Shown piece after piece: positions 15,201 through 27,200 of a DNA stretch of 64,000 nucleotides. Location: the NCBI GenBank assembly GCA_036785375.1, contig JAWMAR010000007.1:11036001-11100000 (forward strand), in the 5' to 3' direction. Position 1 is the first letter of the stretch. Each line of letters opens with the position of its first letter. The notes under the pieces were generated by a model. That model saw only the letters and a program-made list of their open reading frames with translations. It was not told the origin of the DNA and made no database searches. The position numbers were made by a program, and so were the translations under genes. This DNA is from Leucoraja ocellata (taxonomy: Eukaryota).

Positions 15201-18200
15201 GAACGATGCTTCCATAATCATTAATCAGCTGAGAACGACGGATACAATCAAGACCCTCAACTGTCGTGTTGAGCTCACAGAGCAAGCAAAGGCAAAGTTT
15301 GAATGCCCACATGGGCCTATCACAATATCAGGTGAGGAATGATTGTGCTGCAAACAAACAATTTGTCTTCCTTCCTGCTTCCTGTGATTCCGATGTTACT
15401 GGCATGGCTGGCAATTGTTCAAGCTGCTGACTTGTTGGCTACATCACTGGGAGATCATGCCCTGGTTTGACTGTCTAAAATACATCACGTTGCACTAAAC
15501 TGATTTTAAATCTATTAACCAACCCTCAACCCACTTGCCCCGCTGATCACGATCCTGCTGTAGTTTTTGATAACCATCTTCACTCAAACTCCTCATTTCT
15601 GCCTTGACCATGATGTCCAGTCACTGTGGAATGGGGGTGATATCATTGCCACATCTGGCCTGCTGTTATAGTCACATATTATATCTCCTCCAGTTAAGTT
15701 TCAGATATTGGTATTGGTTTATTATTGTCTATTGCACTGAGATACAGTGATATTTTTCCGAGTGCTATCCAGACAAATCATCCCATTGAGGCACTAGAAA
15801 CTGCAGATGCTGGAACCATGAGCAAAACACAAAGTGCTGAAGACACAGTGGGTCAAGCAGCATTGGTGGAGGAAATGGACAGGCAATTATCCGGGTCGGT
15901 TCCCTTCAAACTGATGGAGTAGTAGGGAGAAAGATGGGAACGGGGCAAAGCTTGCCCAATGAAAGGTGGATGGAGGTGGGGGAGGGGGGGGGGGCACGGG
16001 GGAGATGCTTATCAGATGGGTGGAGACAGTGATAATGGCGAGTGGTGAAAAGTGGTAAAAGGTGTCAGACAAGGAAACAAAATGTAAATGCGGAGGCAAA
16101 TGGATGGAATGGGCCAGGGGAGATGGGCAGGTGAAAGACGTGATAGAAGGAACTATGGGATTCGAGGATGGGAGATGAATACGGGAGATGAAAGGAGCAG
16201 TGTGACAGGGATAATGGGAGCAATGTGTGCACAGTGGGCTGGTGGGGGGCGGGGAGGGAGGTATTACTTGAACTTTGAGAGTTCAGTGTTCATACGGTTG
16301 GGCTACAAGTTACACAAGCTGACCATGAGGTGCTGTTCTTCCTGTTTGCGTGTGTTCTCACACTGATAATACACAAGGCCAGTGACAGTCAGGTCAGTGT
16401 GGGAACAGAAAGAGGAGTTAAAAAGCTTCGGAACCAGGAGCTCCAGCAGGCCTTGGCAGACTGAACATAAGTATTCATCATATTGGGGACACAGAATGCA
16501 ATAGATGAGGTTGGAAGAATCAGACCTTAGATGTGTGCATCAGGCACTGTAAAAGAGAAAATAAACAAAGTGAAGAATGTAGTATGACAGCTACAGTGAA
16601 AGTGCTACTAAAGAGTAGTGCAAGCGTTTAACGTGGTAGATTGGAAGATCGCGTAATTCAACTCTAGCATTTGTGAGGTCCATTCAAGACTCTAACAATA
16701 GGTAAGAAGTTGTTCTTCCATCTGGTGGTACCTACTTTCTAGTTTTTGTATCTTCTGGGTGTGAGAATGTCAGGGTATTAGTTGTCCTTGATAATGTGGT
16801 TGCTTTTTCGAGGCAGCATTAAGTGTAGAATGGTGAAACGGAGAATCAAAATTGACCCTGGCAGATTGGAGAGAGCATTTGTTCAGGCAGTGTTAGTGAA
16901 CAGGAAGGGGTAGTCCCTGGTTTTTAAAACAATGCTTAGACTATTACGTGAAATGAGAGAAGGAGTCAGAACACAGATGCTCGAACCAACTCTCATCCAT
17001 AAAATCATGGCTAATTCTGGACCTTGTTCATTCACTGAGAGATCCCCCAGATAGTGATCTCCATGAGACCCAGACAAACTGTGGACCTTTGGTTTGAACT
17101 TACTCAACTACGTTTTACCCACAGCTTCTGCATAATGTGGATTGTTGATTGTAATCATGTATAGTCTTTTTGTTGACTGGTTAGCATGCAATAATAGCTT
17201 TTCACTGTACCTTGGTACAGGTGACAATAAACTAAACTCTGGGATGGAAAATTCAGTAGGTTCACAAACATTATTGTAGCGAATTTCTTGACCTCAGTCC
17301 TGAATGTCTGACTTCTTTTTCCCTGACATGTGGTTTTTGAATCATAAGCAGGAGGAAATAAACTTTCCTCAAGTATTTGTGAAATCCATCTATTCCCCAG
17401 AGCCCTCTGTCCATTGACATCCATCAGTCCCAGTCCCCCTATTCTTTCCACACAATCCCCCAAATTATTCCAGTCAGGTGTGTTTAATAGTCATATGCAC
17501 TGGGATTAGAACAACACAATTATTCATTGCTGCAACTTTGCAGGCACATTGATGCAACATAATAATACATTTACAACAAACAATAATACAATATCAGTTA
17601 TACATGGTAATAGCATTTGATTAACATTTGAAGTATTTAAAGCAACCTTATACAAAGTGCATAATAGTTTGGTGCAAGAGCCTGATGATGCCACAATGAA
17701 CCTAAACACAACCAAACTTCAGCACTGATCTGTTATGGACAAATAACGGGATTGCTGAATCACAGTTCGGGAGGGAGATCTTTAGTGAAATTAAAACAAA
17801 CTGTTAAATGGCAAAATTGTCTTCTTGAACCTGGAGGTAAAGGTTCACATTTCCTGTACCTTCTACCTGGCAGTAGCAACAAGAGGAGATCAAGCCGTGT
17901 GATACTGTTATATTGGCTGACCTCAATATTTACTCTCATTCACTTACCAATCAAGTGACCACAACAGCCGATCACCAGGGCAATCCTGTCCCCAACCAAT
18001 CATAGATTCCTCCACATTCCCACTTCTCTGCAACATAAAAGACATTTGTTTTATTGTAACTTTTCCCAGTTCTGATCATCAACATGACAATCATTTGTTT
18101 CTCTCCTGATTTTTTCTATGTCAATGTAGCTATCGTAATCTTGTACTTCATACTTTCATCATTGAGCCCAGCGTCTCGCACTTCACTAACCATTGCCTCA

Positions 18201-21200
18201 ATGTGTCACATTTGTTTTAGTTAACTGTGTCTCAGAAGGAGTTTTCCACATGTTCCTTGGCATCCTGGAGCATTGTTCTATCTTATCTCTCATTTCTGTG
18301 TAGGTATTATCACTCGGTGCGTGTCTCTGTTAATTTTTTATCTCACACACCTTCTCCACCTCTTCATATTCCATCTGCAATCTTCTTATAATTCGATGGA
18401 AAATGACCATGCAGTAGAACATGCAGTAGAAAATGTAGTAGAGGTATACTACATCGACTGGATCCTTCCTTATCAATTCTGTTAGATATATTGTCCACCC
18501 TAACCCTAAACTCCACTTAAATTATCAACAGAACTTCCCCTTCATCAAGAATTAAAACATAAATTGCTGTAAAATTAATCAGGTCTGAATGCAAGTCAAC
18601 TGGAGGGGCGACAATATCCATGTAGGACGTTGTGTTGCTGCTACTCAGGAGGGTTTAATCTAGTTTGTCAGAAGGTTGGGAACTGGAGCAGGTGGAAAGA
18701 TTGAATGGGATGTAGACATCAGCTTAAGACTGATCAGAAGGGCTGGCGGGGCCAGGTTAATGAACGCAGTGGAACTGATGGGCTGAAGTATGTTTATTTC
18801 AATGTTATGTGTATTATGTGTAAGGCAGATGAATGTAGAGTTTGGATTAATGCATGGAACTATGATGTTGTGGCCATTAGAGTTTTGGTTGAGCGAGGGG
18901 CAGGACTGACAGCACAATGTTCCAGGGTTTTGGGCGTGATTTAGCAGCATTGTAGGTTATATCAAAATGCAACCAGGCCACCTGCAATTACTCTATTCAA
19001 TTTGATTTGAGAATTCTGCATATTATTTATAAAGAAGATGAAGTTACATTTACAGTTACATTTCACCGCTCTAGAGCAGCGCAGGAGGGTCAGGGACAGA
19101 TGGGTCAGAGTGGGAGTGGGATGGAGAAACATGGTCACAGATGTGTAGGAAGGAACTGCAGATGCTGATTTATACCGAAGATAGACACAAAATGCTGGAG
19201 TAACACAACGTGCCAGGCAGCATCTATGGAGAAATGGAATAGATTCTACTTCAGGTCTGAAGAAGGCTTCCATTCACAAACCTTACCTACTACTTTTCTC
19301 CAGAGATGCCGCATGATCTGCTGAGTTACTCCAGCATTTTGTGTCTATCAACATGGTCACAGACACAGGTAAAGTATTGATAAAAATAAATGGGGGTAAT
19401 GCATCCGACCAATGAATAATGTCCATATTTTAAATCTTTCTCTATCCGAGGTGATGTCAGCGCATCTATGGTGATCGGGAAGAGAGGAGGTAGTGCCACA
19501 CTGAACTGCAACTTCAAACACTCGAGAGCAAATAGCAGGGTGATCACTATCCTCTGGATGAAGGGGACTCCATCGGAAGAGTCCGTTGTCTTTAAACATA
19601 CCCGCTCCTACGCCACAAGCGGTCCCGGCACTGACAATGTAAATACAGGAGGTCGATATGAGCTGGTGGGAAACGTAGACAATGGAGATGCCTCCATCAG
19701 AGTGAGGGGACTCATGTTGAATGACACCAACAACTATTTCTGTCATGTTTGGACCTGGAATTCCCCTCTGAAGATAAATATTCAGGTGACTCAGGATGAG
19801 ACGGGACTACAGGTTTTGGGTAAGGAAACAGTCAGTGTTGAGGAATAAATGATAAAATCACATTGAACAACTGTGAGAAGAATGAGCTTCGTTCTGTTTC
19901 CTCTCTGAATATTTCACTCCATTCTCCCGCTGGGTCTCTTTCAAATCTTCACCCCTTCCTGGTTCTCCCCCTGCACCAATGAATAACAGTGACTTTTATC
20001 CCTCTCTAGGCTTCAGCCACCATCTTGGAGCTATGGTGATAATGTATCTGGAGATACGTGTGTGTGCGGGAGAGAATGGACAGGTTGATCATTTCAGCTG
20101 CCATTTGTTGAGTCTACTTTCTTGTGATTGGCTTCACTTTCTAGTGGTTAAACATAGATAAACATCATGTCTAATCTCCATTGCTGGTGTTGATGGGAGA
20201 ATCATGGGACCTCCAGTGACATTGTTGTCAGCCTCTGGTTCCGGTAATGGGGGAGGGGAGAAGAGAGAGTAACTCGGGTGTGAGTGATCCTTCATTATGT
20301 TGGCTGCTTTCCCAAGGAATAAATGCAGTTGATGGGTGGGGGAACGAGGGAAAACCTTTTATTCATTCTACATGGTTAATCCTGAGCTTTCTGGTGCTTG
20401 TAATCTTAATCATCCATGCAATTCCCCCTCTGACTATTTTTTGTGACTTCCTTATAACCCGTCTAATGCAATTTGAAGAACAGGGCTCTCTGCATCATTG
20501 CAGACTCCATTGAATTCAAGAATTTTGGATGATACTTTTTCTCTCTTTTATCAGAACTAACCAGTTCTACTGAAGATAAGCAAAATGGAATATTAATCAG
20601 TTATTCTCTGAACAATTATTATAACTTAAAATAAGTTAGCTGAAGTTGCAGAGGTTGTATAGAGGGGTGGATCGGAAATAGGAAATATCTCTGACAGGGT
20701 GAGTCTAGATTTGCTGTTGATGAAATTATCTGGTTGATAAATTAAGGAAGGAAACTGGAGACAGAGAACAGAAACAAAGATAGAAACAGAGCTGCAAAAC
20801 GTACGTCAGCTGCAAGAAACACGCTGCAGATCAGGCAGCGTCAGTGGAGAGAGGAGAACTGAGTCAGTATTGCAGATGGATAACCTGCTGCAGAACTTCT
20901 GATACAAACAGCGAGAAAGTTGCCAGAAATTGTTGTATTCAATGTTGACTCAATAGTTCAATGGGTCAACCGTGAATAGAACAATTTCTGGTGACTTGCT
21001 CGCTGTTTGTATCAGAACTGGCGAGTTCTACAGCATCTGTGATACTGACTCAGTTCTCCTGAAGAAGAATCACGACCCGAAACGTCACCGATTCATTCTA
21101 TCCAGAGATGCTGCCAGCCCGCTGAATTACTCCAGCATTTTGTGTCTATTTTAGGTTCAATGGTTTCTTTATTATCACATGTAGCAAGTACAGTGAAATA

Positions 21201-24200
21201 CTATTTTGCATACAGATCAGTAAGAATATCACCGTACATAAATAAGCACAACCCCCCCGGTTAGTACATCATGTACAGAAGAACCCACTGAGTCTGGGCA
21301 ACAGTTGCCATTTTGCACCATTTTATAGTCCTCGATGCAGTTGCCACAGAGGCCCCATTGCAGCCGCCGCCTCCATTCCAGTTGTCCTGGAATGTTGACC
21401 CTCACCCTGCACAGCCCTATTCAGCCCTTCTTCCCCAGGGGTGGTGTGCGGTGGGGGGGGGGGGCTCCTCCCGCAGATGAGATTAGGGCGCGGATGTTAA
21501 AAACTCCTCCACCCCGCCTGATTCCGTTAACCAGGCATTTTCTATTTGGCTGCCAGTTACTAGCAGAGTTCCGCAGGGCTTGGTGCTGGGGCCGCTGCTC
21601 TTCACGTTGTATATTAATGATTTGGATGAGGGGATTGAAGGCTTTGTGGCCAAGTTTGCACATTATACAAAAATAGGTGGATGGGCAGGTAGTGCAGAGA
21701 AAGCAGGGTCTCTGCAGAAGAACTTGGATAGGTTGGGAGAGTGGGCGGAGAAGTGGCAGATGGAAAGGTGTGGAAAAGTGTGGAGTCATGTATTTTGGTA
21801 ATAGGATTAAAGGCGTTGATTATTTTCAGAGAGAATCCAGAAATCGGAGGTGCAAGGTGACTTGAGAATGCTGGTGCAGGATTCACAAAAAGTTAATCTG
21901 CAAGTCAAATCAGTTGTAAAGAAAGCAAACGCAATGCTAGCATTTATTTCGAGAGGGTTTATATGCAAAAGTAGGGATGTAATGCTGAGAATCTTTCAGG
22001 CGCTGGTCAGGCCACATTTGGAATATTGTGAGCAATTTTAGGCACCATATCTGAGGAAGGATGTGCTGGCTCTGGAGAGGGTTCAGAGGAGGTTCACAAG
22101 AATGATCCCAGGAATGAGTAGGATAACATCAGATGAATATTTTACGGCACAGGGCCTATGTTTGCTGCAGTTTAGAAGAATGAGGGACGACCTCATTGAA
22201 ACAGACAGAATAGTGAAAGGTTTGGATGTGGAGAGGATGCTTCCACTAGTGGGACAGTTGAAGACGAGAGGTTTTAGCCTCAGAATTAAAGGACGTTCTT
22301 TTAGGAAGGAGATGAGGATGAATATCTTTGGTAGGAGGGTGGTGAATCTATGGAATTCATTGCCACAGATGGCTGTGGAGGCAGTGGATATATTTAAGGC
22401 AGAGATAAGTAGATTCCTGATTAGCGCAGATGTTAGAGGTAATGAGAAGTGCTTCGGGTGCAGAACCTAAGCTCCGCCCCCCCCCCTCCCCCCCCCCCCC
22501 CCGCCCCCCTCCCCCTCCCCACCTAATTCAGTTAACCGCGCCTTTAGTCACACTCCATCCTCCTCTCCGGTTCCCGGTCTTCAAGGTCAAGGCTCCATCC
22601 TGGCCAGACTGAAGCTGAGATGTCTTTACTTGAGATTGGCCCTTATTAGAATAGTGCAGGTCAGGAACAGGTGGATCAGAGTGGAATGGGATGGAGAATC
22701 CAAGTCACAAGTATGGATGAACTATTGATAAAGACTGTATGGTTATTGTATTCAATTACTGAATCATATTCACACTTTAAAACTCTTCTCTCTGCAAGGT
22801 GATAATGACAGAGCATCCATGGTGATTGGGAGGACGGGTGCGACTGCCACACTGCCCTGCTCCTTCAGTCCCTCGAACAGGAATCCCAGCTCCATCACCA
22901 TCAGCTGGATGAAGGGGAATCCACAAAAATGGTCTGTTGTCTTTCGTGACACTTCTCCCCGCCCAGCAGCAAATCGCATTCCTGAAAATGTGAATAAAGG
23001 AGATCGATATGATCTGTTGGGAAATCTGGATCAGGGAGACGCATCCATCAGAGTGAAGGGACTCAAACTGGATGACGCCAGTGATTACTCCTGTCACGTT
23101 TATGTCAGGAATTCAACGTTGACGACTGTGACTCAGGATGAGATGAAACTGCAGGTTGTGGGTAAGGAAACGTATGTTATGCTGTAAACGATAATATCAT
23201 ATTGAACAACCTTAAGAGGAATGAGCTCCCACTGACAGTGTAGACCAGCACAGGAACAGGCCCTTTGGCCCGCAATGTCTGTACCGAACATGATGCTACG
23301 TTAATCTCGTCTACCTGCAGGTGATGCATTTCTTCCATTACCTGCATTTCAAAAAGTCTCTAAAACTCCACTATCGTAGCTGCCTCCACCACCCCCAGCA
23401 GTATTTTCCTGGCACCCACCACCCTCTGTGTAAACAATAACTTTCCCCACATATCTCCTTTCATATTTTCCCATCTGTCCTTATCACAATGTCGTCTATT
23501 CGTTGACATTTCCGCCGTAGGCAAAAGGTTCTGACTCTCTCTCCTATCCATGTCTTTCATATTTTTATAAACTTTCAACAGTCCAGAGAAACAGTTCAAG
23601 TATGTCCGACCTTTTCTTATAACTATTACCCTCTAATCCAGGCAGCATTCTGCTAAACCTCTTCTGAACCCTTTCCAAAGTCTCCTCATCCTTCATGTAA
23701 TGGGTGAAAACTGCACATAAAACTGAATGCAATAATCCCAGTGTCGTAACTAAAGTTGTATAGAGCTACAACATGACTTCCTGACTCTTGTATTCAGTAG
23801 ATAGACACTAAAAGCTGGAGTAACTCACTGGGACAGACAACGTCTCTGGAGAGAAGGAATGGATGATGTTTTGGGTCGAGTATCATCTTCTCGACCTGAA
23901 ACATGACCCATCCTTTCTCTCCAGAGATGCTGCCTGTCCTGCTGAGTTACTCCAGCTTTTTGTGTCCATCTTCGGTTTTAACCAGCATCTGCAGTTCCTT
24001 CCTACACATCTTGTATTCAGTACCTTGACCCATGAAAGCAAGAAAACTGTACACGTTTTTAACGTGTTGCCATTTTCAGGGAGTTATGGAATTGGATCCC
24101 AATATTTTTCTGTACATCAGTGGTATTAAGGGTCTTGCCCTTGTATATTTTCCACTTGCATTCAACCTCCCAAAGACAACACTTCACATATGTTCGAATC

Positions 24201-27200
24201 AAACTCCATCTGCCATTTCTCTGCCTATATCTGTATTAGATTAAAATTTGTAGTATCTTTCGACAGTTCTATGTTCATCTGTCTTCCTCATGATACTCTT
24301 GCATTTTCAATAAGCAACACTACAGCCCATGTGTGGGTTTGATATTTGAGCTGCCACATGTGGACTGCACTCTTACGATTGGCTTCACTTTCCCATGTTT
24401 GAACAGAGGTGAACGCCACTGTCTCATCTCCAATGTTGGTGTTGACGGGAGACTTGTGGCATCTCCAATGATATTGTCATCAGACTCTAGCTATGGTGGT
24501 TTGGGTCAGGTAATATTGACTTTTGAGGCAGTTCTGGCCAGTTCTTATACTTAACAGTAAAGGGCTTGTCCCACTTAGGTGATTTTTTAGGCAACTGCCG
24601 GTGACTGTCATGGTCGTAGCAGGTTGCCGAAAAACCGGTGACTGGACCCTCCCTACGACAATGTCTACAACAACCTACCACCTAGTCGACGTTAAGCCAT
24701 GACAACCGGCGACTCAATCGTCACGACTTAGGACGTCCACCTACGACCACACCTAGACAACCCTACGACCACACAGGTGACAACCTACGATAACTCGTCA
24801 ACCGACCTCCCCCCGCGACAAGCTACGACAAGTTACGACCCTGTCGGTGACAATTGAAGACTTCTCTTGACGCCGGTAGCTGTCGCCGGTTGACGCAGGT
24901 TGACGTAGGTAGTCCCCAAATGAATTCATCGAAGTCAGCAGCAGCGACAACATACATCATCCTGGCAACAACCTATGTTATCCTGGCGACAACTTACGAC
25001 AGCACCTACGTCAGGAGAAGACAAGCTACGACAAGCCCAAGATCGCTGAGTGTCGCCAAAAAGATTTGAACATTTCAAAATCCTGCGGCGACCAGAAAAA
25101 CGCTACGGATCTTTGGGCGACTTGAGGAGACGACTCACGACCCTACATGTGACACCCGGCAACCGTGTGGTGACCGCCTAGTCGCCCGTTGTCGCCTAAT
25201 AATCGCGTACGTTGGACAGGCCCTTAAGCAAGTTATTGAAATTGTTGTATTAAATGTTAACACAAAAGCTTCATGCTGCCCAGACAGAAGATGAGGTTGC
25301 TTGAGATTGGGCCTCGTTAGAACAGTGCAGGAGGTCTGAGACAGACAGATCAGAGCGGGAGTGGGATGGGGAATCAATGTCACAGGCATGGATGATGTAT
25401 TTTTATAAACCATGTGGAATAGATTGTTAAATACAACTTTTCTCTATACAAGATGGAAAGAAGAAGACATCCATGGTGATTGGGAAGAGAAGAGATTCAG
25501 CCACACTGCCCTGCTCCTTCAGCCCCTTGAACAAGAATCCCAGCCCCATCACTGTCCGCTGGATGAAGGGGAATCCACGGGAAGAGTCCACAGTCTTTAA
25601 TCACACCCACCCCCACTCTGTGAACCCTCCCTCCACTGTCACTGTAAAGGGAGGAGGTCGATATGAGCTGGTGGGAAAACTAGACCAGGGAGACGCCTCT
25701 ATCAGAGTGAAGGAACTCAGACTGGACGACAGCAGTGACTATTTCTGTTACGTTTGGGACAGGAATTCCACACAGGAGACGGTGACTCAGGATGAGACTA
25801 AACTGGAGGTTGTGGGTAAGGAAATATCTGTCTGTGTTGTGCTGTGAACGATAAAATCACATTAACAACTGTAAGAGGACATATTTAAGAGGGAGTTAGA
25901 TGTGGCCCTTGTGGCTAAGGGGATCAGGGGGTATGGAGAGAAGGCAGGTACGGGATACTGAGTTGGATGATCAGCCATGATCATATTGAATGGCGGTGCA
26001 GGCTCGAAGGGCCGAATGGCCTACTCCTGCACCTAATTTCTATGTTTCTATGTTTCTATGAGATCCACTGACAGCTGGAGCCGAGATCGGCCCAATCCAT
26101 TGTAGGTTCCATTCCTTGCACCGGGCTTCCCTTGCTCAGCACTGCCCCTAGTGGTTGGAAAACAGTGCTGATTCCAGCCAGGTTGCACGGAGCTCCCTGC
26201 AGCAGGATCAGAGATTCAGAACCACATTCACCAGCTGAACCTCCAGTCCCTATGTCTGTGAATGGTCTGTGTTACAAAGATCCACAGACGGCCCAGGGGT
26301 ATCATCCGTCTCTTTCATTCACATCGACTCCGGGATCCTGTATGTTCTCTCACTGAATATTACATAGAACAGTACAGCACAGGACCAGGCCCTTTGGCCC
26401 GCAATATCGGTGCAGAATATAATGGTTCTGTAAGTTAAACTAATATCATCTGCCGACACATGATCCATATCCCTCCATTCCCTGTAGATCCATGTGCTTC
26501 TCAAAGACACTGTCATATCTGCAAATATTTCACTGCAGTCTCCTAGATGTGTCCTTCCAATCCCCATTCAGATGGAGTTTATCTGCACACACCAACAGTG
26601 ATTAATTCAATTAATTTAATTTAATTTCTTCCTTCTCCAAGTCCCAGCCACCATCCTGGAGCTGTTCGTTGTGAGTGACAATGTAACTGGAGAACACACC
26701 CTCGTGTGCAGGGCTGAAGGGAAGCCCCCTGCAAACATCACATGGATCGGCCCAGGGAACAGTGCTCTGCCCGTGAACATTAGTGAGATGACAGTCACAC
26801 ATGATCCAGAGAAACTACTGACTGTGGGAGAGCTGCTTCACCTCAGGCTGCCAGGGAAATACACGTGTGTGGCTGAGAATGAACACCAGATGGACACGCG
26901 TGAGATCCGCCTATTCGAGGTTGGGGGAGTGTTGCACCCAGGCGTCTACATTGGATTATCCATATTGGCTATTGGCCTGATGGTATTTGCTCTCATATCT
27001 TTGAAAAAATGTGAGTTTGCCAATAACAACTACATTGTGGGCTGTTGTGGGTGTTCTTGGGACTGGTGGCTTTTTCAAATATTATAGGCCGGAAATGTGA
27101 ACAGGAGGCCAGTCATCCCTGGTTAGGCCACATTTGGAGTATTTTGTCCAGTTCTGGTCACCACATTTCAGGAAGGATTTGGACACTTTGGAGAGGGTGC

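Noticed and set aside
14942-25815. V exons as rearranging Ig/TCR/IgNAR V segments
   Set aside because: Each V exon encodes its own G strand and ends in a GT donor. No RSS heptamer/nonamer, D/J segments or C1 domains were seen.
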